Assembly: GCA_023213395.1 (NCBI GenBank)
Contig: CM041465.1
Span: 251,169,741 to 251,233,740 of the forward strand
Direction of reading: 5' to 3'
From: Cycas panzhihuaensis
Taxonomy: Eukaryota > Plantae > Cycadophyta
DNA: 64,000 nucleotides
The number at the start of each line of letters is the position of its first letter. The first letter of the stretch is position 1. Below, piece after piece: positions 42,326-56,715 of this stretch. The notes beneath the pieces were generated by a model, which saw only the letters and a list, made by a program, of their open reading frames with translations, searched no databases and was not told the DNA's origin. The position numbers and the translations under genes are program-made.

Positions 42326-45300
42326 ATTCAAAGAGAAGTTGAAGATGCATATGATGACCATTAAGGGGGAGAATGTTGGGTTAATACTCATCACCTAACC
42401 TTACATTGGGACCATATGAGCCACCCCCAACCTTCAAGTGAGATTATTTAATTATGTTTTATTATTGTTTTTTTGTATTTTAAATTTCAGGTTGATGAGG
42501 GCTCCTACCACCCTCTCGTATATTTATTCTTTAGGACCAAAACCCCTGGTGTTCTTAAATACCACCTCGTAAAGGAATTTGATGTACTCTCTTCACAATG
42601 GCATGAATACAATGTATTTGATTCTGATTTGTAATATAGATTGAGATCAGCATTTACCTTCTCTACTCTCTTCTGCAATAACCAACAAGTTGAAGGAATA
42701 TAAAATCATCCATATCAAATGATCAATCATAACAATAAGAGTTAGTGAATTATTTCATGTGATTTTATGTTGTTATAAGGTTTTATTTAAGTACATGTAG
42801 AATTTGGTCCACGCCTTGGAGTTTTTATTAGACTACAATAGCACGAAGATTAGTAGTAAGAGTCTTGTAAGATAAAGGTAAATATCCATAGAAGTCCATA
42901 AAAAGGGACATGTTAATCACTAAGTAGTATGAAGAGTTATACTAATATTCTATAAAAGCTATCCATGAAGTCCATTTATGTTGATGTTATGATATAAAGC
43001 ATCATAAATATATTTTTAAGGTCTTATTCATAACTTCAAATTAACCATTAGTTTGTGGATAGTAAAATGAGTTCATGTTGAATGAGGTCCTAAAGGCTCA
43101 AAAGGGTTCTTACCAAAATATGCTCACGGATTTTAGATCTTAATCATAGATGGAGATGAAAAATCTAATGGATATAAAGATTAACCAAGTAGTAAGCTCT
43201 GTTAGAAGTATGAATAACTAAAAAATATGCATACTTAGTAAGTTTATAAATGATTACCAATATTAAGTCAAACCCAATAAATAATGGTAACCTTATGATG
43301 AAATCCATGGTAATACCCTATCGTTTACCTTGAGGTTTATGCAGGGGTTAGAGGAGGGTAGGTTGAGCTTTTGTATCAACTTTATTCCTCTAATAAGTAT
43401 CATACTTAGAGACAAATAAAAGGATAGAAGATTTTATATTAGGTTAGTAAAAGTTAAATCAAATTCATATATTTATTTTGTTGAATCTTGAATCACCACT
43501 AAGGGGAGTGGAATGGTATTTACATAAAAATTATGGGATGAATGATGAGATGGGGTGGATAAAAATATGATTTTGGTATAAGAGTTGGGAATTATGTAAG
43601 GACTAATCTTTGTGGGTATAAACGTTAGATTCCCACTTATGAAACTATGGATGGGATAGATTTCTAGTTATTAGGTTTGATAACCATAATGGTTGGGGTT
43701 TGGAAATTACATGGAGACTAGGTTCATTTATGGGGGACTCTAGGGGTGGTTCATTGGTGAGGGACTCTATGGAAATACAAGAAAGAAGATTAATAGCCAC
43801 ATTTTCCTTGCCTTTTTAGTACTCAATGGAGAAATAAAATACTTGCAAATAGTTAATCCATTTAGCTTGCTCTTCTAATAAGATTGGTTGATTTAGAAGG
43901 TGATGAAGGCTATGGTGGTCTATTAATATAAAGAACTTAGAGGCTACCATTCATTAGTAGCATGCAAAATAACTCTCATTTCTTTTTGATATGTTGTTAA
44001 ATGGCATTCATAGTCTTTAAGTTTGTAAATTTCAAATGTTAGTAGGTGGAATTTTATATCAAGATAACACTTATACTAAATCCTAAAGCATGACATTCTA
44101 ATTGGAAGGATTGAGAGAAGTCTAGGGTGGTGAGAACAAGGGTGGATGTCATAATGGATTTAAAATTATTAAAGGATTGTTCCACCTCTTGCAACCATTG
44201 TGATGCCTCTTTTGGTATTCAATTTATTAGTGAGGCTACCAATAAAACATGATTATGAATAAACCATTAATAAAAACCTATGAGTCCTAAGAAAGCTCAT
44301 AATTGAGTAAGGGTTTTAAGTGTAGGCTATGTGGTAATAACATAAATTTTATCTACATCAACTTAGACTCCTTTTGATAAAATAATATGCTTGAGATATT
44401 GTAACAATCCTCAAGGGTAATAGGAATTTGACAATATCTGGATTTAAGATTTAATTTAGAAAAAATAGTTGCCCCATATATTTCATCTAGCGTATCATTG
44501 ATTCGAGGTGTAAAAAATTTATTTTTAATTATGATTTTATTAAGTTTCCAATAGTTAATACAAAGTTAAAACGATCCATATTTTTTTCTTACCAAGATAA
44601 TTAGTGCAATATACAAGCTTTTACTTGGTTGAATGATGCTCATATTTATTAATTTATTTGTTATCTTCTTCTTCTTCTTTTTTTTTAATATGAATTTATA
44701 TAAGGCTAAAGGCTAATAGGGTGATGTGGTTATTTGAGTTTGATAGTATGATAAAAGCCACTATCTAATTATGGAGTGATTGGAAAGGAGATAAATATAA
44801 ATTGATATTTATTAAGGAGGTTTTGCATAAGAGGACGAATATTTATAGAAGGTTAAATATTATTAATATAGACGATGTAGCCATTGTTGTTTAAATGCTT
44901 ATGCATTTAGCCTATTTGATCCTTAAATATGATGAATGGATTAGTGAAAGAATTATTTATATTATGATTGCCCAATATTTATAGCTATTTGACCCCAAGG
45001 ATGGCATTGGATCCTCCTGTAGATAGGGCATAAAAATCATACGTGAGACAATAGGTACCAATTTGAAGATGAAGGCTATTTATGGTACCTACATAGTGTA
45101 AGGTCTGATGCCTAAGTAATGACTAGGTGAATCCAGTTTTTGGGATAATATAGGGGCTTAATTATCACGAAAATGATATATTTATGAAATTTAATAATAC
45201 ACCACCATTAGTTAATGTTGACATTTATGTCTTTCGAAGGGTGCCTTTTATACAAAGTGGATCTAGGTAAGATATAGAAGAAATCATTGATAGTGATATG

Positions 45301-46732
45301 TCTAGCTAAGTAATAGGTAGGGGCGATTCTTAAGGGGATTCATCCTTATGTTTTAGTTTAGCTTCAACTTTATAGTTATCTTTAAGATTAAGGTCAATAG
45401 TAAAAATCATACACCTTGCCTTACATACCATTGTATGACTAGGGGCCTACTTTTTGAAGCACTTAATATAAAAGCCAATCTTTAATCGATGATCAACTTC
45501 TATAGGTAGAATGTGAACAAGACCTAAAGAAGAGTCTAATATTAGTCATTGGACTTCCTCTAATTAAGGATATTAATGTTGTTGATTAAATTGATAGGGA
45601 CATTGGTACTATGAAGAGTCTCTTCTAAAAGTGGATAAGCATTATGTCATAAATTCTACTTTAACTTCTCTTATTGTAGAGATGGTATCCTTTAAGGAGT
45701 ATAAGTGAATAAGTTTTAAGTACATTTGAATACTGTACTTGAGACCTAAAGTATACATATCAATAAGATTTTTTCCATTAAGTTATTAAGAGACTTAGTT
45801 CTGTAATACCTAAAACTCATTGATATATGGCTCTACTACAATTATCTATCTTAGTCTGGTAAGCTAGCTAAAGAAAGAGTGATTCCATGTGTCAATGTAC
45901 TACTCAAAAAACTCTTAAAAAATGGTTCATATATTTGGTTTATTGGATTCTCTTGTTTCCACCACTAGAATCAATGATAAGCTTTCTCATATAAATGGAT
46001 TGAAGTAAATATCAATTATTCTACTACTGACATGGGATTTAAGGAAAAATATAACTCCATCCTAATAATCTAAAATTGAGTAGAATCCCTATTAAGATCA
46101 GGATGAAAGGTTAGTATTATGATCTTATGATGGGCTTGTGTTTGTCATGGAGTAAATGGTAGTGATGGTCTTGATTTATTAGGGGTGGATGGACTAGTGG
46201 GTGGGATACAAGAATTAGATTACATCCACTAAAATATTCTATACAACTTTTAATTAAAAGTGATATATTTTTATTTAAATAAGTCTTATTTTTATTCAAA
46301 TGAGTCCTACTTTTAGTTGGAATCCTTGACCTACTAATCAAAACTTTTTAAGCACTTATTTAATGTGTCAATATTGTCAAATATTTCTTAAAATTAAAAA
46401 TCAAGTGCTTGAATGTACTTTGCCTATGTGGGTGCCATAAATATAGAATCTAGTATTATAAATAAAAGAAAGAGATTATAAGAAAAGGGGGTAGGCAAGA
46501 AGATGGGTATTCATAAAGAGATAAGAGAAGATAATTAGAATAAAATTTTAAGAAGTTGAGAACTAATGCAGATGGATGAGAATAAAAATAAGAGAGGGGG
46601 TCTATAACTTGTTGACCTCAAAAAATATACAATAATGTCATCTGGAGTACTAAGATAAGTACAAAGAGCTCATCAAAATGGCGTAAGTGAGATTTGAGGG
46701 TGAAAGTTAGGCAGTGAGACTCATGGGGTATA

Positions 46733-47952
46733 TGTAACATAACCCCATATTTCTTAATCACTAGCAAGTAGGAGACACCAAAGGGTTAAGGATTGATGTT
46801 ATAGTTAATAATATTTGTGCATAGGCCACTAAGCCCTGAAGTAAGATGTAAGGCTTCTAGGGCCACTAATAGAATCATAAGAAATAAGACCCCTACATGT
46901 ATATTTAAAGGATCAAATATCACTTGTAAAGGTTGTTAAGTATTATTATCTATTGAAGAGAGTACTTTAGTACTCCCTTTGGTATTTAATTTGTGATCAA
47001 TTTATATATTTTATCTCTTTAAGGTGATACTTGGCTTCCATTTCTATTAATATGCATTTGCAAGGTTGATTTTCTAAAAGGAAACACTCTAAGTAGTATC
47101 AAATCCATGTTTGTGATTGTGGAAAGTTGCTCAATAGGCCAAAAAAAAAAAGAATTTTTTTTTTGATAGATCATGTACTCTCTCAACCCAAGTAGAGATT
47201 AAGGAAAGACCTTCGTTAAGTACTCTCTCTATGGAGATTGAAGAATAAAATAAACACAACTTAGGAATCATGAGGGAAGGGGAATTTTTTTTGCTAGTTA
47301 ATGCTGAGTACTATATTTTTTCCTTGCATTCATTTTTAGTTTAATTCATTTATTTCAATTTCTATACTAGGTTATTAGTCCAAGGGTAGATACCACTACT
47401 TGGTGGTTATCCTTTCTCCTTCCTACCCCTCTTTCCTATGTAGATAACACTACTTGGCAACTACCTAAATAGTTAGGTAGAGATCCTATATTGGGGCTCT
47501 TTAAAAATCATAGGGATATATCATTCTGGCTAAGTGTATCATGGCTTTTCTACCCCTTCTATGAAGGATTAGAGATAACACTCATGATATAAGCCCTAGA
47601 TAGAACTTGGCTATAGAATTGTACCTCCATATATCCTTGAGCATATAAGACAATCCTTATGGGTCCTAAATCCTTCCTAGCGTGGGAAAACTACTAGCCA
47701 CTAAAGTCTTATAGTACAATGGGTAACAGTTAGTGCCACAAAGTTACGAGCCCCAAACTTCTATATCAGAAGTTTATTGGTAGGTTTATAAGGCCAAGCA
47801 TAACTTATTTAGTGGTTGGAAAAACACATTCGAGCACTTAAACCTTGCTTTATATGCTCCACTTCCTAATTAAGATCTTAAGACATAACATATTAAAAAA
47901 AAAAAAACTATAATACTACCTAAATTTAGAAACTACCAACGTAGTTAAACTC

Positions 47953-47989
<37 letters not shown>

Positions 47990-50504
47990 CCATTTAGTCA
48001 TGCTTCACGATGACCACCAACTCTATGTAAAATTATATAAGTATGAGTTTAGTCATTTTAAACTCAAATACTTGGGGCATATCATATCATTAGAAGAGGT
48101 GTATGTGGACCTTAATAGAATATCCATCATCATGACTTGGTTAACACCTACCACCCTTATCTAACTACGTACATTCCTTAGCGTCACAGGATTCTACTAA
48201 TGTTTTATATTTAACTATGTTGACATCACTATACCCTCAATAAATCTCCTTTGTAAAGATGATTTTTAATGGTCTTTAGAAATGAATATCAACTTTTCTT
48301 ATCTCAAGGTCATAATGACCTCTACACCGGTCCTCATCACTCCTCATTTTAACCAACCTTTCTAAATTAAATGTGATACCTCAAGATTTGGCCTAGGTAC
48401 AATCTTGTTGTAAGACTCTCACCCCATCGCATTCAAGAGTCATAATTTGAAAGATCACGAGCTCTATCTCTCACTTATTAGAAGGAGATGAAAATTATTC
48501 TTTACATTGTTGATAAATGGAAGTAATACCTCTTAGGCTCTAAATTCACTATTATTATAGATGATCATAGCCTCCATAATCTATTAGATCAACTAGTCTT
48601 ATCTGAATAATAAGATAAGTGGACCCACCATCTATAGGTCTTTGACTTCATAATATCATATAAAAAAGGCAAAAATAATACAGTTACAGATGCCCTTTCA
48701 TGTCTCCACCCCAATGATAGTACTCCTAACTCGTGCCCCCATGCTATAACCAAGCTGTAATCCCTTTGTCTCAATGAATTATAGCTTAAAAACTAGGCCT
48801 AGCTTGACTACCCTAATTGGAGTTTAAAAAAATTTACCTATAAAGGTTAGTCAACCTTTAATAATCATCTACTCTATCAAAATTATATCTTTGTCCACCC
48901 ATCCTCCTTGTTCATACCTAGAATCCTAACAAAATCCCACTCTTCTCCCCTTAGTGGCCACTTAGGGTTTGATAAAACTTATCAACATATTTGTGTGAAT
49001 TTCTTTTCGTGAAATAAAGTCAATACCAAAGCCCTTCCCTAACTTCTCCAACCATTAAATATTCCACAAGTGGTAAGATATTACCATGGACTTTATAATG
49101 GGCCTACCTTTATCTATTGGGTTTGATTTCATTTAGGTAATCACTGATTGATTAATTAAGTATTCACACTTGCTCCAAGTTCATACCTCATATACATCCT
49201 CCTATCTTGTTGATTTATACATCCAATTCATATTTCATATTTCACTTTCATGGATTTTTTCATCCATCATTTATGACGAAGACCCTAGTTTACCAACTCT
49301 TTTTGGCAAGAACTCTTTAAGGTTGTTAGAACCTCATTTAACATGAGTTCTACCTATTACCTACAAATAGATGGCCAATTTGAGGTCTTGACAAAACCCT
49401 AGAAACCTATCTACATTGCTTTATCTTAGAATACTAAGCTAAGTGGACCTCTTGGCTCTCCCTGGTACAGTATTGGTATAACTCCTCCTATTATTCTGCC
49501 ATCGATATGTCCCTCCTTTTGGCCCTCTATAGTTACCACCCCTTTTCCCACCATACCTTAGTCATAAACTTTCAAACAAACTCCATATAACAAAAGCTAT
49601 AAGAGATGGACTAAATCCTCCATACCCTTCGATAAAATATGGCCATTACTCAAAATCAAATGAAGCAACTGGTTGATTGCCACCTATCTAATAAACCCTT
49701 TGACATTAAATATATAGTATTCCTCCATCTCTAACCTTATAAGTAATATTCTCTTAAGTCACATCAAGATCATAAACTAAGCTCCCATTATTACAACCCT
49801 TATAATATCCTCCACAAAATTGGTGAAGTTGCATATGCCCTTGAACTCCCTCTGAATAATAACATCTATAATGTTTTCTATGTCTCTTGCCTAAAAAAAT
49901 ACCATAGAGCTAAAATTACACCCCACACCACCTTACCCATTCTCTTTAGGGAGCAAACTCTTATAATTTCACTTGATAAAATCCTTACCAGCCAACAGTG
50001 CCACCTCTAGAATTGCACTATTTCTAAGCATTTAGTAAAGTGGGTCAGTTGATGTAAATGAAGCAACTTAGGATTTTGATGAGTTTATGTAGCAATATCC
50101 TCATCTCTAACACTGTAAGGATTCAGTGTCTTAGAGAGGGAGACCTATAATATAAACCCACCTTTCCTAATCACTAATAAGTAGGAGATATTAAAGGGTT
50201 AAGGATTGATGTTAGTTATTAAGATTTGTGCATGGGCCATAGAGCCCTCTAATAAGATGTAAGGTTACTAGGGCCACCAATAGAATCATAAGGAAGAAGA
50301 ACCCTGCATGTCTATGGAAAGGGTCGAATATCACTTGTAAAGGTTATTGAATATTATTATCTTTTGAAGAGAAAGTACTTCAGTACTCCCTTTCGTATTC
50401 AATATGTAATCTGTTTGCATATTTTACCTATTTAAGGTGATATTTAGCTTCTATTTCTATTAATTTACATTTGCAAGGTTGATTTTCTGGGAGGAAATGC
50501 TCTA
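46733..50504 (+). mobile_element. Gypsy element H, internally deleted, nested in E
   Basis: LTRs 46733-47091 and 50146-50504 (359 bp). Degenerate PBS TAGTATCAAATCC at 47094. PPT AGAGAGGGAGA. RT end, RNase H and integrase from ~47990 (ITMDFIMGLP, YLQIDGQFE, YNVFYVSCLKK). TSD poor (GTATA/GTGTC). Confidence 0.85.
47955..47987. repeat. (GA)n microsatellite
   Basis: Directly visible. Confidence 0.95.
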
Positions 50505-53326
50505 GTGTCTATACGTCATTATATTCCAAAAATGACAATTAAAGTTACCCTAATAGGAAATCATTAGCATGATGTATTAATTAAAATAAGACTTATGAAT
50601 TTGTAGGGTGATTTTGGAGCCATGGACTCTACTTTTTTTTGTCTTAAGTCTATTAGTATAAGTTTCATCTAAATCATATAAGTATTTATGAAAGTGGCCT
50701 TATAAACTCTTTTTCTCTTCCCTTTTTTTTCTTAATACAAGAGGTGGACACTGAAGTAAAAGATTAGGTGTACGATTTAAAAGTTCTATTGAAGGTTTGG
50801 ACAAGATATTTGGAATTACTTTAATGTCAGTTCTATACTATAATTTAGTGTTGTATTATAATATTTGTTGTTATTATTATAATCTAAAATTATGTGATTT
50901 GGCACTATTATTTATGATATAAATATTTCCCAGGTTTAACCCCTTTATAGAAGAATAATGGTCTCAATAGTCTTATATTATATTTAGAAGTACTTACGAC
51001 TTACGAATAGGATGTACCTAATTCTACATGCCATTTGATAAACTTCTCAATCATTACTACTGCTCAATCCAATCTCTCAGGGTGCCAACTGTAAAGAAAA
51101 TCCATACTCGTAAATACAATAGTCATATTGGGGTATTTATGAGGAGTAACTTACTAGTACTAACTGCTAACTACTACACTATAGAAGATAGGTGATTGAT
51201 AATTTACCTATTCTAAGTAAGGTAGGGGAGCCTATAAGGGTCCTCTGATATAACTAAAGATACTTGGAGGCTCAATCTCATAACCAAGTTTTATCTAAGG
51301 CCTATATAAGTAGTGTTAGTTGCTTCACTTTATACATAAGCATATACCTAAGTATGATTAGCCAAAATTTACAAATCCCTATGGTGTTTATAAACCTCTA
51401 GTATAGGGCCTCTACTTATAATTAGGGGATATGAGAGAGGGGGACTTACTACCCACTTGTAGTTGATTATGGAATTTTTTTTAAATAGTAATTATAAAGA
51501 AAATGAAAAATGAAAGTAAGAGAAGATTTCTAAAATTATACTAAGGAAAAAAAAAGTTTCCTAATTTTTCCCCACTCCTCCTACTGATTTACTTCTTTGG
51601 GTGGGTTTTCAACTTATCTTTTATACCACTTGGAATAAGCTTATACCAATAGTTCTCTAAACTTAAGTATACAAACAAGAATCTTATAAACTATTACAAT
51701 ACTTTATTATAATTTATAAGATAGATTACAAAGAAGAGCTCATAAGTTCACTAAAGAGCACCAAAAGAATATTAAAAAGGGGGTACTAAAGTACAATATC
51801 TAAAAACTAACAAGACTCAACAACTTTCCTTTCACAATAAGTCAACTTAAAGAGGAAAGAGATGCCCCTTTACATAAGATACCATTGGCAGGAAAAATGA
51901 CCTCAATTTTCATTGACAAACATAAGTGGCTCATGCATAAAAGTTAATGGTTAACAATAACCACCAAAGTCTTCTTATCATAAGTGTTATATTAACCATT
52001 TGTACCTAGTGAAAAATGGTCATGTAGCATTTAATATGGCTTGAAATGGTCTCTACAAATAATAATTAGCCCAAAATTAACTCAAAACTAATAAAACAAC
52101 CTCTTAAATGGCTTCCTGTATAAAAAATAATCTTCTACATGGTTTCCAACATGCATATATCACTATTTCAACATCAAATAAGATCCCAATAATAATGATA
52201 TGGGTTACACACCCTCCAATAGCCCAAAGTAATCTTTAAAATGCCAAAAATATCTTATTTTGGCTTTAAACTGCTAACCGCTTTTATGTTTCTCACTTCA
52301 ATAGATGACAGACTCAATCATAAGATAGTAGTAATCATTAGACAACATCTATGCGACCCCATATACACATAACATTCTCCAAAGGCTATGAAATAATGAA
52401 AAACTTCAATTATTCACTTATTTCTCCTCTATTTCACATTATAACTACTTAAAAACTACTATACTAAATGAGCAATGATCTTGTACTATGATTTCAATTG
52501 AAAATATAATTGAAAGACTAAGTTTTTATGTAAAATAAAGATATACAAATCTCTAAAGGGGCATTTCCCTTCACACATCGATCATAGTTATTAAATAACC
52601 TTTATTTATTTAATTAAGTTATCTAATATAAAAATATAACTTATACACCATAGTTAAATACTATGATGCTTAATCCAAAATCTGGAGCGATTGAAACGAC
52701 TGGAGCTATTGCTAGGGTTTCGTCTGGAACGGGTGGCAGCGCACGCAGAATCGAAGACCTTGACGCTATGGCGTCCTTCGAATGGTGCAAGAATGGTCAC
52801 CCAGACCGTGCCTAGTGTTTCTACTAGGGCATATCATCCCCATAATCAAGCTGTGAAGGAAGCAAGATCATCTACGAAGAATAATGGGCCATGCCTGGAG
52901 ATAAATAGGCCACGAACCATATTATACAAAGGCAATGGAGCGGGAGGAGTTCAGAGATTGCAGGTTAGGGTTCTCCTAGGATGAGTGGAGATACATGGCA
53001 ATCTGAAGATCAGGATATTTTGTCCTTCGAAAGGCACAGGTTGTTTTGTGCTTGTTGTAATAGAAGGAAGACTGGCTGTGAAGGGTGACAGGTCTCGTTC
53101 AGAGGAAGACATACCGTATAAAAAAATAGATAGTGAAGTAAGATAGGCTCCATATGGTGACGGAGGATATTCAGAGAAGAACTTGAATGGCAGCCCACTA
53201 ATTTAGGAGAAGTTGGATAAAGTGAAGAGAATTCTACAGGCTGAGTCAGATTCAATGCCAAGGGCCATGGTATGTTCTCGCTTCCCTTGCTTGGGGCTTT
53301 TCTTTGTAGTTTATAATCTCTTAGAT

Positions 53327-54776
53327 ATGGAAAAGGACCATAATCCTCAAAACCAGAACCAGAACCCCAACATGTCACCGGGGAGATCCTATTGTGATGT
53401 TTTGAAAATAAATGAGGAGGAAACATTTGACTTAACACTCATGATTCAGGATAATAAGGTAAGACTGAAAATCCCCTAGACTCTAGTGGAGAAAACTGAG
53501 AAACTTTGGGAGAACTGCCTTATTGACAGATTCTCAGGACCTAGACTGGGTCTTGAAACTATTAGGACCTAGATGAGGACTAAATGGAAAATGGTGGGTA
53601 GTGTGGAAGTAATAGCCATGCCTAAGGGTTACGTGCTATTTAAATTTTCTTCTTATGAAGATATATCTAGCATTCTGTTAAGGGCCCCATGGATGTTTGG
53701 TAGGAAGGCCCTATCTCTCAAGAAATGGCACAGGGACTTTGATCCCTCTATTTCCAAAATCAGACAAGCTCTTATATGGATCCAACTCCCGGGCCTTCTC
53801 TTACGCCACTAGAACCCCAAAGTATTTAAAGGTATAGCAAAAGCGGTGGGTCCTCTTTTAGCAATAGATTCTGCGACAAAGAATAGGAGTAGACTCATAA
53901 ATGCTAGAATTTGTGCCTTGGTTTGGATTGATAAACCCCTCCTAGATGACATATGGATGGGCATGGTGGAAGGGAGCTGGGTATAGCCGTTAATCTATGA
54001 GATGGAGCATTTTAGATGTTTCACCTGCAGAAACTTGGGGCATCTACCCAAAAGTGCCTGGGGGTGCAACTCTCAAAGGATGAGAAAATAGAGGGTCCCT
54101 CAGAACCAAATCCCTAGGAAAAGAAGGAGAAGGAAAAAGGAGAGGTACTAGAACGTCCAGGCTAAATGGGGGTTGTTGAGGCCCCTCACCTAAACCTGGG
54201 TTTGACCCCAATGAGGAGAACACGCTTTTAGAGGAAGGTGAGCAAGTAGCACAGGTTCCTGCAGTCTCGTGGAGCCCGGCTGGCGAGGATGGTATAGGGG
54301 ACCCTACCCCTACTGGGGTTGCCTCTCTGGCCCAAACTACCCTACCTGAGCCATAGAGGTTACAGGATAAAGAGGTCATGCTGGGGTTGGGTTTGTCCCC
54401 CCTACTTGTAAAGGACCCCTCTGCAGATGTTGAAAACAAGATAGCAAAAGAATCAGTGAACCAGGGGCAATTGGCTGGGGTTGAGGAGCCTGTAATGCCC
54501 ATATTAGAGAACCTAGGGATGTTAGGTCTAGATTCCTTACCACAACCGGTTATGTCCTACAAGAAGCAGCTAGATGTGGGAGCTGAGAAGAAGGTAGGGA
54601 GGCCACCCTCGAAATCACAAAGAGAGAAAGAAACGGTTATCCAGGTAGATCAAGGCACCCAGAAAAATTTCAAGGAAGTTTTCCTAGAAGGGCCTATCCT
54701 TAGATCCAGAACAGAAGGTAGAGAGCCTCCAAAAGGTGAAGCTGCTGAAGTTTGGAAGCAAAGAAAGAAAAGATGA
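53327..54776 (+). pseudogene. L1 ORF1 (DUF4283-like region plus zinc knuckle), disrupted
   Basis: KGYVLFKFSSYED..APWMFGRKALSLKKW..DFDP..WIQLPGL, ARIC, CFTCRNLGH. Several TAG stops. Confidence 0.88.
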
Positions 54777-56714
54777 AAATTATATCGTGGAATATTAGGG
54801 GGCTCAATGCCCCTTCGAAATAGAGAATTATTAGGGATATGAGGAATAGATATAACCCGGACCTGATGTTCTTGCAAGAAACCAAACTAAGTAAGGAGAA
54901 TGGACCAAGGATTAGGAACAAAATTTGGAAAAACGTCGAAGGTATTGAGATCGACTATGCCCAAGGAATTTGGGGCTTAATGGTACTTTGGAATCCATAG
55001 ACATGGTCGGGAGAAATTTTTTTGGCAGAGGATTTCTTTATTTCGGTACGGTTAACAAATAAAAGTAACAACAACACATGGCTAGCCATAAACGTCTATG
55101 CCCCAAATCTTCAAGAGGCCAGGAAGAGGCTTTGGGATAGATTACTGGAGGCCCACAAGGACTGCCGACAGTTATGGCTGCTGGCGAGGGATTTCAACTC
55201 GTTGTTGTCTCCAGGGGACAAGAGAGGTGGCACTGGTGGCTGGATAACTAACATGAGCAAGTTCAGTAACTTCCTACAGCAGGGGGGTCTGGAGGATGTT
55301 AAGCTCAGGGGTGCTTCATTTACTTGGTCCAATAAGCGTTTGGGGGATGACTTAATTTAAATCAAATTGGATAGGGTGCTAGTCAATTATGATTAGATGA
55401 GGTGCTTCAATGACTTCACCCTCTAGGCTCTGTCAAGGATTAGCTCTGACCATTCTCTCCTCTTGCTTTAATTTTTGGATCCAGGTAAATATATTGGGTC
55501 ACCCTTTAGGTTCGAATTAATGTGACTTCAACACCCTGATATTTGGAAGAGGATTGAGGAATGGTGGGGAGTTCAAATTAAAGGCCATGCAATGTATAGA
55601 TTCTCGAAGAAACTAGATTGGGTCAAAAGATAAGTAAAGGTATAGAACAAGGAAGTATTTTAAAATATATACGAATAGAAGGATAAAACTATCTATGAAC
55701 TGAAAGAAATAGAGGACAAGATCGAACTGATAGGCAGATCCCTAGAGCTAGATAAGACAAAGAAGGAGTTGACTAAGGCCCTGGAGGAGATTCTCACTAG
55801 AGAGGAAATCCATTGGAGACAAAAATCTAAGGTTGTGTGGCTAGTTGAAGGGGACAGAAACACTAAAATTTTCCATATGACCACAGCCAAACATAGAGTG
55901 AGCAATAGAATTATCAGTCTTCAAAAGGAAGATGGCTCAGTAGTAAGTTCGTCAGAGGGTATGAAGGAGTTGGCTAGTGAATATTTCAAAGACTTATTTA
56001 CTGAGCCGTAGGATGGGGACGAGGATAAAAGGAAGGACTTCCTAAACAATATCCCCAGTCTGGTGAATGAAGCTCAAAATACTCAGTTGACAGCTCTGTT
56101 CACCCTGGATGAAGTCAAGGTCGCTCTCTTTGGTATGAAGAAAGATAAAACTCCAGATCCTGATGGATTCCCACTGGGGTTTTTTTAAGAGTTTTGGGAT
56201 ATTATTAAGGGGGATCTTATGGAAGCTTTGTGGGAGTTTTATGTAAACAAAAAGATTCTACAGGAATAGCATACTACATTCCTCATTCTCATCCCTAAAA
56301 AGAAGGGGCAAAAAGGATCGAAGAGTTTTGCCCCATTAGTCTCTGCAATGTTAAATACAAGATTATAACCAAGTTCTTGGTCAATAGATTAAAGAAAATT
56401 ATGCCAAACATTATCTCCCATAATCAAGACAGTTTTCTCTAGGGTAGACAGATTTATGATAGCTATATTATAGTCCACAAAATAATTCACTCAGCTGCAG
56501 AAAGGAAGGAGCCTGTGATGCTCATCAAGATTGACCTCATGAAGGCCTTCGATAGGGTCTCCTGAGAGTTCTTGCTAGATTGTCTAGAGGCATTTGGATT
56601 TGGGGAACCTTGGCAGTCTTGGATAAAGTTATGTATTGGCAACCCATAATTCTTAGTTATTATCAATGGATCATCTTCTAGCTTTTTTCCTAGTTTTAGG
56701 GGGCTGAGACAGGA
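54773..56714 (+). pseudogene. L1 ORF2 (APE endonuclease plus N-terminal half of RT), disrupted and truncated
   Basis: MKIISWNIRGLN, FLQETK, NVYAPN, RDFN, FTWSN, KLDRVL, SDHS, WLVEGDRNTKIFH, KTPDPDGF, PISLCN, IDLMKAFDRV. Ends at GLRQ. Confidence 0.94.
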
Positions 56715-56715
56715 A

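Larger units (their letters stand above)
52680..56715 (+). mobile_element. L1-clade LINE with 5' UTR, ORF1 and 3'-truncated ORF2
   Basis: Abrupt GC rise at ~52680. ORF1 and ORF2 motifs as listed in the next two features. Confidence 0.92.

Noticed and set aside
53010-54502. Minus-strand ORFs of 142 and 152 aa
   Set aside because: Antisense shadows of GC-richer L1 sequence with no independent motifs.
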